Assembly (NCBI GenBank): GCA_045647805.1
Contig: JAZRMT010000127.1
Coordinates: 2,817-66,816, forward strand
Length of the DNA: 64,000 nucleotides
Direction: 5' to 3'
From: Eubacteriales bacterium
Lineage (GTDB): Bacteria > Bacillota > Clostridia > Oscillospirales > CAG-272
A program made the translations under genes and the position numbers. The notes beneath the pieces are model-generated. The model saw only the letters and a list, made by a program, of their open reading frames with translations, made no database searches and was not told the DNA's origin. Each line of letters begins with the position of its first letter. Position 1 is the stretch's first letter. Shown piece by piece: positions 1 through 8,366 of the stretch.

Positions 1-1
1 A

Positions 2-2533
2 TTCTACGATAAATGCTTTGCCGCTCACCAGAAGGACGAGGTCGAAAGCCTTGTTGACGTTAATTCTCTGCAAAGGGAGTATGACTCCATTCAGGCAAAG
101 ATCGACGCAGATGTTGCAACTCTCGAGGAAATTGATCATCTTTTGAATGATAAAAGAGAATTTGGGCTGTCGCTTGAAGAGATGTATTCATCCTCCTATA
201 TTCCCTCGAAGAATTCCGGAGAATATGCGGTATATCAAAAGCTTATAGACAACCACAAAATGATGGCTCTGAAATACAAGGAAATTTCGGATGCTCTCTT
301 CTCTATCAAGGCAAAAAACTTAGCCGAAATATATTATTCCTTCATGCAAGCGAAGGAGAAGAACCCGCTGATTGACCATATGCTTCCCGACTGTGACCTC
401 CGTACGCTCAGCGAGGTCAGAGGAATGCTGGAAACTATTCAGAAGACCAAAAAGGGCTACTTCAATCTTAAGGATTACCCATATTCAAGACAGGTGCTTG
501 CCCAGTACTCAAGACTCCCAAGTGAGGAGGTCATCTGCTCTATTGCAGACACCGAGCTAAGGCTTGAATATCCTAATCTTATCAGAAAGAGCAAAAAAAG
601 GCAGGAGATCAAGGATAAGGTCCTTGAGACCTATCTTGCAATCAACGACTACGTTGCAGAATATGAATGTCTCAACTTCATAATGGACAAGGACGGCTTT
701 GTTTCGGTCGTTGACAACGTACTGAGAGGCAACAGTGCTTATCTCAAGCTTGTGTATGAGGCACTTGACAATTACACTGCTCAAAGAGACGTTGGAAAGC
801 TTATATCCTCTATCGACAAGAACATGAACACAATCCTAAGCTTTGCCTATTCCCAGAGCAAAAGTATGCAAGGCTTCAAGGATATTATCGATTCATTGCT
901 CGAGATAAGAATATACCGAGAATTGGTCAAATATGAGGAAGAATGTAAAGAACAGTTGTCAAAACTGTTGGATTTACAAAACATTTCCTCGAGAATTTAC
1001 AAGAACAAGGAAGCTCAACTTAACGTCGCTTACCGACTTTGTGCAGGCAAGAACAGCTGTGAATACAGAGAGCTTTATGAGAATGCAGAGAATGCGAAGG
1101 ATTATCTCTACCAGATCTCCAAGGATAAAAAGCTTTGGCCTATAAGACAGACAATGGAGACCTACGGCGAGTTTATCACCTCGTTGTTCCCCTGTTGGCT
1201 GCTTTCTCCCGAGAACGTATCCTCTCTTCTTCCCTTGCAGAAAAATATGTTTGATCTCGTCATATTTGACGAGGCTTCCCAGGTATTTATCGAAAGCACT
1301 ATTCCCACTATCTATCGAGGACGGAATATAATCGTTGCGGGAGATGCAAAGCAGCTTCGTCCCTCGGCAACCTTTATGAAGAGGTATCTCGGAGCAGACC
1401 CCGAGCTTCACGAGGATCTTTCCGTGCAGGCAGCCCTCGAGGTAGACAGCCTTCTCGACCTTGCGGTTTCGAGATATGAAAGTGCAAATCTCAACTATCA
1501 TTACAGAAGCCGTTATGAGGAGCTTATCAGCTTTTCAAACAGCGCCTTCTACTCCTCTGCTCTCAACGTTGCACCCAACATTTCAGGGAATTCGGGCGAT
1601 CCTCCCATCGTCAGATATAAGATCGACGGCAGATGGACCGACAGAACGAATCCCACGGAAGCTCTTAAGGTCGTGGAAATTCTTAAAGATATTTTCAAGA
1701 CTCGTAAAAACAATGAGAGCATCGGAATAATCACCTTCAACAGCGATCAGCAATCCTGCATTGCGGATGCAATTGATAAGGCGGCAAAATCCGACGAGGA
1801 GTTCAGATTAGCCCTTTCCACCGAGAGATACCGATTTGAAAACGGTGAGGACACCAGCATATTTATCAAAAACCTCGAGAACGTTCAGGGCGACGAGAGA
1901 GATATTATCATTTTCTCGATCGGTTATGCAAAAAATGATATGGGCAGAGTTTATGCCAATTTCGGTTCGCTTTCCGCCGAGGGGGGCGAAAACCGTTTGA
2001 ACGTTGCCATAACGAGAGCAAAAAGCAAGGTAATCATCGTTACGAGTATCGAGCCCGAGGAGCTTAAGGTTGACGGAACGAAAAACGACGGTCCGAAGCT
2101 GCTCAAGGAGTATCTCACCTATGCAAGAGCCGTTTCAGAGGGCGATACCGCTTCGGCAAGGGCAATACTTGCCTCGCTTGATCAAACAGAGCGTAAGGAG
2201 GCGGTCATCAACGAAAGCTTTACCGATATTAAGCTCCAGCTTAAGGAAAGGCTTGAAAAGCTTGGTTATGAGGTAGTTCTCGATCTCGGCAATAAGGATA
2301 ACCGTATATCCTTGGCTATATATGACAGCAAAAAGGACAGATATCTGCTCGGAGTTCAGCTTGACAAGGATGCATTTGCATCCTCCTCATCTGCTTTGGA
2401 GCGTGAGGTCTACAAGCCGAGATTCCTTGAATCACGCGGGTGGACGATTATGCGAGTATGGTGTCGTGACTTTTGGCTTTCGCCTTCAAAGGTTGTAAAA
2501 AATATTGCTCAGGCGGCAGAAAAAAACAGATAA
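2..2533 (+). CDS. SF1 Upf1/DNA2-like (AAA_11/AAA_12-type) helicase with C-terminal DUF559/Vsr-like endonuclease-fold domain; 5' end lies outside the window
   Basis: The frame is open from nt 2, with no stop before the listed start at 143. No Walker A is visible, so the N-terminus is upstream. Helicase motifs: II VIFDEASQV, III GDAKQLRP, V VQGDERDIIIFS, VI RLNVAITRAK. C-terminal RGWTIMRVWCRDFW matches the DUF559-like fold. Confidence 0.8.
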   Translation, partial: FYDKCFAAHQKDEVESLVDVNSLQREYDSIQAKIDADVATLEEIDHLLNDKREFGLSLEEMYSSSYIPSKNSGEYAVYQKLIDNHKMMALKYKEISDALFSIKAKNLAEIYYSFMQAKEKNPLIDHMLPDCDLRTLSEVRGMLETIQKTKKGYFNLKDYPYSRQVLAQYSRLPSEEVICSIADTELRLEYPNLIRKSKKRQEIKDKVLETYLAINDYVAEYECLNFIMDKDGFVSVVDNVLRGNSAYLKLVYEALDNYTAQRDVGKLISSIDKNMNTILSFAYSQSKSMQGFKDIIDSLLEIRIYRELVKYEEECKEQLSKLLDLQNISSRIYKNKEAQLNVAYRLCAGKNSCEYRELYENAENAKDYLYQISKDKKLWPIRQTMETYGEFITSLFPCWLLSPENVSSLLPLQKNMFDLVIFDEASQVFIESTIPTIYRGRNIIVAGDAKQLRPSATFMKRYLGADPELHEDLSVQAALEVDSLLDLAVSRYESANLNYHYRSRYEELISFSNSAFYSSALNVAPNISGNSGDPPIVRYKIDGRWTDRTNPTEALKVVEILKDIFKTRKNNESIGIITFNSDQQSCIADAIDKAAKSDEEFRLALSTERYRFENGEDTSIFIKNLENVQGDERDIIIFSIGYAKNDMGRVYANFGSLSAEGGENRLNVAITRAKSKVIIVTSIEPEELKVDGTKNDGPKLLKEYLTYARAVSEGDTASARAILASLDQTERKEAVINESFTDIKLQLKERLEKLGYEVVLDLGNKDNRISLAIYDSKKDRYLLGVQLDKDAFASSSSALEREVYKPRFLESRGWTIMRVWCRDFWLSPSKVVKNIAQAAEKNR

Positions 2534-2548
2534 AGGCTATTTTCCGAT

Positions 2549-2600
2549 GGGCAGAAGAGCTTGGTTTATACAAAACAACCCGACTTTTCTGCCCTTTTTC
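2549..2600 (+). terminator. rho-independent terminator after the helicase gene
   Basis: GGGCAGAA (2549-2556) pairs with TTCTGCCC (2587-2594) and is followed by TTTTT. The loop is long (30 nt). Confidence 0.5.
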
Positions 2601-2641
2601 TGTATAAATTGTGAATTTAAGGAAAAAATTCTCACTAACAC

Positions 2642-2670
2642 TTGAATTATTTTTTTATATGGTGTATAAT
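2642..2670 (+). promoter_or_regulatory. sigma-A type promoter for yajC
   Basis: TTGAAT (2642-2647), 17-nt spacer, TATAAT (2665-2670), about 37 nt upstream of the yajC ATG. Confidence 0.55.
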
Positions 2671-2706
2671 ATAATGCGTTGATAAAATAAACGAAAGGTG
2701 AATATC

Positions 2707-3126
2707 ATGAATTTCAACTTTTTACTTTCCGGCTCCGGCAGCGGTATGTGGATATACGTTGTAATGATAGTTCTTATCATCGGTATGTTCTGGTTCTCGA
2801 GCCGTACTCAGAAGAAGAGAGACAAGGAAGCAGCAGACATGCGTGATTCGCTTGCAGTTGGCGACGAGGTAACTACCATTGGCGGTATTATCGGTAAGGT
2901 AGTATCTATCAAGGGCGAGACCTTCGTTCTTGAGACGACCAAGGCAAGAACCCAGATTCGTTTCCTCAAGGGTGCTATCAGAAGCATTGACGTTAAGTCC
3001 GAAGATCTTGCAGCAGCAGCCATCGAGGCTAAGGAAGCTAAGAACGCTGATGCAGCAGAGTCCACCGAGGCGGTTGAAGCCATTGAGGCTCCCGAGCAGG
3101 AGACCGAGACCAAGGAAGAAAACTGA
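2707..3126 (+). CDS. yajC: preprotein translocase subunit YajC
   Basis: ATG 2707 is preceded by GAAAGG. One N-terminal TM helix is followed by the YajC core GDEVTTIGGIIGKVVSIKGETFVLE and an acidic Ala/Glu-rich tail. Confidence 0.85.
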   Translation: MNFNFLLSGSGSGMWIYVVMIVLIIGMFWFSSRTQKKRDKEAADMRDSLAVGDEVTTIGGIIGKVVSIKGETFVLETTKARTQIRFLKGAIRSIDVKSEDLAAAAIEAKEAKNADAAESTEAVEAIEAPEQETETKEEN

Positions 3127-3147
3127 TTACAAGGTCATAATTAAAAC

Positions 3148-3195
3148 ATCCCCCGAATAGAATGTTACAAAGACATTCTTTCGGGGGATATTTTT
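3148..3195 (+). terminator. extended hairpin plus T-tract after yajC, abutting the next start codon
   Basis: ATCCCCCGAA (3148-3157) pairs with TTCGGGGGAT (3180-3189). An inner stem pairs AGAATGT with ACATTCT. TTTTT follows at 3191-3195. Confidence 0.6.
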
Positions 3196-3606
3196 ATGAT
3201 GAAAATAAAAAGACACGACACTAAAAGTAAAAGCTACGGTATAAAAGGGCTGCTGTTTGCATCTCTTACGGCAATATCCATGATACTGATATTATCGCTG
3301 ATATTCTCTATTCTTGCCACATCAAGCGAAAATCCGGGAGAAAAAACCGATCTTTATGCTCTCTTTGCACTTGTTCTTGCGGGAATATTCTCGGGATTTA
3401 TAAACTCCAAAGTAATCGGTCACGGGAAAACAATTCTTTCTTCTGCTTTTACAGCACTTGTAATGCTTCTTTCCGGAATCATAGTATCAGGTGGAATGGT
3501 AGCCGGCGGAGCGTTTATGAATTACGCTTCCTTTATCGGAACCTCGATAGTAGGCTCTTATCTTGGAAAACGTCGTGAGAAAAGAATGCACAAAAGGCAC
3601 AGATGA
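3196..3606 (+). CDS. small polytopic membrane protein (about 4 TM helices; possibly TIGR04086-like)
   Basis: Hydrophobic spans LLFASLTAISMILILSLIFSILA, LFALVLAGIFSGFI, ILSSAFTALVMLLSGIIV and ASFIGTSIVGSYL, with a basic C-tail. The family assignment is from memory only. Confidence 0.55.
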   Translation: MMKIKRHDTKSKSYGIKGLLFASLTAISMILILSLIFSILATSSENPGEKTDLYALFALVLAGIFSGFINSKVIGHGKTILSSAFTALVMLLSGIIVSGGMVAGGAFMNYASFIGTSIVGSYLGKRREKRMHKRHR

Positions 3607-3630
3607 ACAGAAAAATATAATTTATCAATA

Positions 3631-3667
3631 AAAAATACAAGATTTTTCGCCAAAATCTTGTATTTTT
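3631..3667. terminator. bidirectional terminator between convergent genes
   Basis: AAAAATACAAGATTTT, loop TCGCC, AAAATCTTGTATTTTT. This is a perfect 16-bp A/T-flanked hairpin. Confidence 0.6.
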
Positions 3668-3675
3668 CTATTATA

Positions 3676-4953
3676 CTATTCCGCTGTTATGAAATAAACA
3701 GTATGATCATCAAGCTCAAGTGAAAGCCTTTCTTGCGCTTCGCATTTGAATTCAAACCCTTTATCTGTAAGAAGGCTCGCAGAGATCTTTTTACCCGCGA
3801 TCTCTATTACCGTCTCGCCGCATCCGAGGGCGTAATTGCTCAGAAGAGCATATACCACCCCTCCCTTGCCTGCCGCGACGATGTAAGGGTCGTTATCCTC
3901 TCGGCGAACAAACAACTCGTCCTCTGCAAGATAAATCTTACTGAAAGCCGAGAAAACGTGAGCGACACAGGTGGGCTCGCTTGTTCTCATATCCATCAAG
4001 CCGTTATAGGTAGAAGAGGCACTCGCAACATAATACTGAGCAAGGTCGATGTCTATTTCCTGCATCAGCGCGAAGGCTGCCGCGGCAAAGGCGACAATTG
4101 TATGCTTATCGGCAAACCGCTCTCCTTCTTTACCGTAGTTCCACTCATTAAGATGAGACTCGGTATCTGTAAAACCGTATTCGTCAAGAAGCTTACGAAC
4201 ATAATCGCTCGAATGCTTTATATCGGACAGCTTATCGGTGTATATATGCCACGAGTAGAAATCAAGCGGACAGTTATTTTTCTTTACAAATTTAAGGAAA
4301 TCGACAAAATACACAGGGAAGGACTTATAGAAATCATTAAGCCCCTCACGGAACACCGCATAAAAGCCGCAAGAGCCGTAGCCGCCGATCTTTATTTCCG
4401 GAAAACGGTCCTTAAGATAACAGGCGGCAACTCTGTAAAGCTCAAAAAATTCTTCCTTAGTTCCCTGCCACATAGGCGGATTTTCCGGCTCGTTCCATAT
4501 TTCCCAGTAATCTATACCGTAGTTAAAGCCATTCTTCCAGCCTTTGTTATAGTGCATTATAATGTGCTCGCATATACGCGCCCATTTTGCATAATCATTC
4601 GGCGGAAAGGTTGTGTATTTTTTAGAGCCCCATTCAATAGTTACGCCAAGGCGGTAAACAATTTTCGCACCGCTGTCAATAATTCCCTTTATGTACTCAT
4701 CGGTATAGTGGAAATCATAGCTTTCGGGATCATTCTCGTCTTTATCGAAATCACGAAAAATATTGGGGATATCTACAAAATAGCAGCCGCCGTACGAGCC
4801 CTGACAATCATGAAGTCGCGAGCGAGGTATTCCCGCAAAGCGGAAAAATCTCTTTATCCTTTTCTGATCGTTTTCCTCACGTTTATTGTAAGGGGCGCAG
4901 TTTACGCCGTGAAGCTCTTTGATCTTTCCTTTTATTTCGGGGGTTATTCTCAT
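3676..4953 (-). CDS. cytoplasmic clan GH-A glycoside hydrolase, GH39-like
   Basis: IDYWEIWNEPENPPMW (acid/base NEP motif), the downstream EIKIGGYGS region and the overall length resemble GH39 beta-xylosidase-type enzymes. No signal peptide. Confidence 0.55.
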   Translation of the reverse strand: MRITPEIKGKIKELHGVNCAPYNKREENDQKRIKRFFRFAGIPRSRLHDCQGSYGGCYFVDIPNIFRDFDKDENDPESYDFHYTDEYIKGIIDSGAKIVYRLGVTIEWGSKKYTTFPPNDYAKWARICEHIIMHYNKGWKNGFNYGIDYWEIWNEPENPPMWQGTKEEFFELYRVAACYLKDRFPEIKIGGYGSCGFYAVFREGLNDFYKSFPVYFVDFLKFVKKNNCPLDFYSWHIYTDKLSDIKHSSDYVRKLLDEYGFTDTESHLNEWNYGKEGERFADKHTIVAFAAAAFALMQEIDIDLAQYYVASASSTYNGLMDMRTSEPTCVAHVFSAFSKIYLAEDELFVRREDNDPYIVAAGKGGVVYALLSNYALGCGETVIEIAGKKISASLLTDKGFEFKCEAQERLSLELDDHTVYFITAE

Positions 4954-5070
4954 ATCGGTCTCCTTTGGTATTTTCTACTATTGTAACATATAAGAAAAAA
5001 AAATCAATAATATCCCCGCAATATAAAAAAAGGACACGTTTATGATTAAAAACGGTCCTTTTTTCTTTAA

Positions 5071-5910
5071 TTAAAGCTTTTCCTTAAGACGTTCTATGTA
5101 ATAAGGAAGTGCCTCTTCAAAGTTTACGCCATAGAAGCGGCGGTTTTCGTCCTTCATAGTAAGCTTTATACATTCAAGGGTAAAATCAACGGCAACACGC
5201 AGTGCGCTCTCAAGAGAATGTCCTCTCATCAAGGCACCGAGAGCAGAGGAGGCAAAGATATCTCCCGTTCCGTGATAGGAAACCGGAAGATGCTCATTAT
5301 AATAGGAGAAATATCTGTCCTCGACAGAATCGTACGCATAAACGCCAAGCTTGCCTTCCTCGAAGCTAATGCCGGTAAGGGCGGCACATTTTGCACCGAG
5401 ATCTGTAAGCTTTTTGAGAATATTCTTGATGTAATCCTCGGTGTAATCCTCTGTATAAGGAATATCAAGCATAAAGCAGGCTTCTGTAAGATTGGGAACT
5501 ATAATATCAGCCTTTTTGCAAAGACCTGCCATTGCCTTGGCAAATTCGGGGGTAAATCCCTTATAGAGCTTTCCGTGATCTGCCATAACGGGATCAATGA
5601 GCACCTTACAATCCTTGCCCTTGTTGCGGTCGAACATATCCGAAACGAGAGCTAATTGCTCAAAGGATCCAAGGTAGCCTGTATAGATAGCATCAAAGTC
5701 AATTCCGAGATCGTCAAACGCTGTGGATATCTTCTCTATCTCGTCTGTGAGATCGAAGAAGGTGTACTTGGGAAACATCGTGTGGGTGGAGAGGACAGCT
5801 GTGGGAAGTACTCCCGCCTCAACTCCCGCCGCACTGATTATTGGAAGTGCTACGGTAAGCGAGCATCTTCCAACACAGGAGATGTCCTGAACAGTCATGA
5901 TTCTTTTCAT
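5071..5910 (-). CDS. pdxK: pyridoxal/pyridoxamine kinase (ribokinase fold)
   Basis: VQDISCVGRCSLTVALPIISAAG, IDPVMADHGKLY, and the anion-hole motif HGTGDIFASS. Confidence 0.8.
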   Translation of the reverse strand: MKRIMTVQDISCVGRCSLTVALPIISAAGVEAGVLPTAVLSTHTMFPKYTFFDLTDEIEKISTAFDDLGIDFDAIYTGYLGSFEQLALVSDMFDRNKGKDCKVLIDPVMADHGKLYKGFTPEFAKAMAGLCKKADIIVPNLTEACFMLDIPYTEDYTEDYIKNILKKLTDLGAKCAALTGISFEEGKLGVYAYDSVEDRYFSYYNEHLPVSYHGTGDIFASSALGALMRGHSLESALRVAVDFTLECIKLTMKDENRRFYGVNFEEALPYYIERLKEKL

Positions 5911-5947
5911 TGTTTTCGCCTTTCTTTTTTTACATAGTTTTATTTTT

Positions 5948-7171
5948 TTATTTCATTTCAATTTTTGCTCCCAGAGAACGGAGCTTTGCCACCGGCTCCT
6001 CATAGCCGCGAAGAAGAAGGTCCGGAGACTCTATCCAACTTTCCCCGGATGCACAAAGTGCCGTAAGTAGGCAGGCTGCTCCGCCTCTCAGACACGGAGC
6101 GGCAACTCTTGCAGGGCGAATTTCAGAACGCATCACCTCTGCCATTCCCTTCCCTTTATTATACCTCACGCCAAACGACGAAAGCACGTCAAGATAGCCA
6201 AAGCGCTCGGGAAATACGTTATCAATTATTCTGCCGCCGGAATTTAAGGAAAATAGCGGCGCGACAATAGGTTGAAGATCGGTGGGAAAGCCGGGATACG
6301 GCTCTGCGGTAATCTCGGCATAGCCAAGCCTCAAGCCCCTTTTTGCCCTGATGCCCTCATCCTTCAATTCCACCAATGCTCCCATAGAGCTTACGAGTGA
6401 AATATAGGGCTCCATTGCCTGATGATCAATGCCGATCACCTCCACCTCACCGTCGGTGATCAATCCCGCTGTAAGGTAGGTTCCCGCCTCGATCATATCG
6501 CCTATAATTTTAATTTTACCACCGTGAAGCCTTGTTCCCGTGACGGTCAGGCTGCTATCACCGACGGTTACGTCGGCTCCGCAGGAGCGAAGATAATCAA
6601 TGAGCAAAAGGACGTGTGGCTCCCTTGCAAAGCCTTCGATCATTGTCACTCCCTCGGCGCGAGATGCCATAATAAGAGCGTTTACGGTTGCACCGACCGA
6701 GGGCTTCGGCAAAACGATCCTTGTACCGACAAGTCTGTCTGCATAAAGCTCCTCGCGAAAAGACCTTGCTCCGAGCATAGACGCGGCATACAAATGCAGA
6801 TCTATCGGTCTGTCGGCAAAATTACAGCCGCCAAAATCCAATAGCTGACATCGACCGAAGCGTGAAAGACAGGCTCCTATTAAATAAGTAGATGCCCGTA
6901 TCCTACGGACAAGCGTTGCGTCGGGTACTGTATATTTTGCCACACGGGTATCTAAAATCAGCTTTTCGTTTTCTTTTTGTACTTTTACACCGAATGATCT
7001 TAGAATATCAAGTGAGGCTGCGGTATCACCGATATCGGGAACTCCGATGATCTCGGTAGTACCTTCGGTTGCAAGGGATGCAAACAGTATGGGAAGTGCG
7101 GCATTTTTTGAGCCTCCAACCCTGACCGTACCGAAAAGCGGTGAGCCTCCGTTTATAATAAGCTTCTTCAT
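5948..7171 (-). CDS. murA: UDP-N-acetylglucosamine 1-carboxyvinyltransferase (divergent MurA paralogue)
   Basis: GGSKNAALPIL (Lys22 equivalent), GGCNFADRPIDLH (Cys115/Arg120), YPGFPTDLQP (Asp305), C-terminal LRGYEEPVAKLRSLGAKIE. Confidence 0.85.
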   Translation of the reverse strand: MKKLIINGGSPLFGTVRVGGSKNAALPILFASLATEGTTEIIGVPDIGDTAASLDILRSFGVKVQKENEKLILDTRVAKYTVPDATLVRRIRASTYLIGACLSRFGRCQLLDFGGCNFADRPIDLHLYAASMLGARSFREELYADRLVGTRIVLPKPSVGATVNALIMASRAEGVTMIEGFAREPHVLLLIDYLRSCGADVTVGDSSLTVTGTRLHGGKIKIIGDMIEAGTYLTAGLITDGEVEVIGIDHQAMEPYISLVSSMGALVELKDEGIRAKRGLRLGYAEITAEPYPGFPTDLQPIVAPLFSLNSGGRIIDNVFPERFGYLDVLSSFGVRYNKGKGMAEVMRSEIRPARVAAPCLRGGAACLLTALCASGESWIESPDLLLRGYEEPVAKLRSLGAKIEMK

Positions 7172-7226
7172 AATTGCTCCGAAATAAAGGTATTTATACC
7201 ATTTTATTCCCGAGCGGATAATGAAG

Positions 7227-8324
7227 TTACTTCATGCTTTCATAATAAGCTACGGTAAGAGTTACTACCCTTCCGTAGGTCACAACCCCGGCTGTGCCGT
7301 TACTCTTAAGGAAGAGATCGTTTACAAAGGTAGATATATCGTCAATAAAGGTATCTCCGTATTTTTGCGATACGGCGTAGGATGCCGACATATCGCCCTT
7401 GGCAAGCGGAGTTAAGCCGGAATTGATTTCACGGTAAAGTGATTTATTGGTTTTGTAAAGTGCATTGCCTATATATTCGTACATCGAAAGAGCTCCCGAA
7501 TAACGAATGTATGGATCATCCGACGTGGAGGTCACAAGATATGCCATAAAATTCGCCTCATTTTCACGGGAAATGCCCCTCTGGTGAGCAAGCTCGTGGG
7601 CGGCGGTAAAGGTCATATCGTACATCGGATAGGCAGAATTGACGTTAGCATCACCGGTATAATAGGTATAAATTCCCGTTATACCCATATAGGACATCAG
7701 ATTTCCGAAATATACGCTTTTCGCAGTAGAATCAAAGGTTTTCGGGAAGGAATACTCGGAATAAAAGCTATCGTAGGAATCACAAAGCTTGGCACTTATC
7801 TCCTCAAAGGAAAGATCGGGTGAAGAGACACCATCCGTATAGGTTATCTGCTCGGAGAGAATATTGATCTCATCACGGAGGGAGATCATAATTTCGGCAA
7901 GACGCGCCTCGGTCACCTTAACCGTTTTCATATCCATTTTCTTGTCAATAGACGTGGTGTTATAACCTATACCGAGCGAAAGATTATGACCTGCGATAAA
8001 CAAAAGTACTATGGCAAAAAGATTGATGATAAAGCGAAGTCTTCCCTCTCCCGAACGAAAACGTCTGACTGCAATAATAATTATTATTACGACAATAAGA
8101 GGGATGGAAAGCATCAGCACCTCATAGAGGGAAAACGGCAGAAGTCCGCCAAGCTTTGCCATAACCAATCTGAAATAATGGCAAACGGTGTCGTTTAGCC
8201 TATCAGCAAGCACGGAAGAGCGCTTAGAGAAGAAAAGCAGGGCGTATACTACGGCAAATATTATAAAGGAAAATATCGCAAAAAGTGACACTGCTCTTTT
8301 TCTTTTGTATCTGTAATATCTCAT
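7227..8324 (-). CDS. DUF3810-family membrane-anchored zincin-like protein
   Basis: N-terminal TM helices plus TAAHELAHQRGISRENEANFMAYL (an HExxH block typical of DUF3810). Confidence 0.6.
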   Translation of the reverse strand: MRYYRYKRKRAVSLFAIFSFIIFAVVYALLFFSKRSSVLADRLNDTVCHYFRLVMAKLGGLLPFSLYEVLMLSIPLIVVIIIIIAVRRFRSGEGRLRFIINLFAIVLLFIAGHNLSLGIGYNTTSIDKKMDMKTVKVTEARLAEIMISLRDEINILSEQITYTDGVSSPDLSFEEISAKLCDSYDSFYSEYSFPKTFDSTAKSVYFGNLMSYMGITGIYTYYTGDANVNSAYPMYDMTFTAAHELAHQRGISRENEANFMAYLVTSTSDDPYIRYSGALSMYEYIGNALYKTNKSLYREINSGLTPLAKGDMSASYAVSQKYGDTFIDDISTFVNDLFLKSNGTAGVVTYGRVVTLTVAYYESMK

Positions 8325-8366
8325 ACTTTTCCTCCAAAAGCATTAAAATGTAAACTTTACTTTATT

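Noticed and set aside
3733-4986. A 417-aa ORF antisense to the GH39-like gene. Analogous ORFs are 10841-12061 (opposite GH116), 15204-16145 (plsY), 19169-21139 (GH20), 49807-50670 (M29) and 51766-52668 (fumC and malic enzyme).
   Set aside because: The explanation is the same in-register mirror-ORF effect. These ORFs have no RBS and no recognisable domains, and the opposite strand carries unmistakable enzyme motifs.
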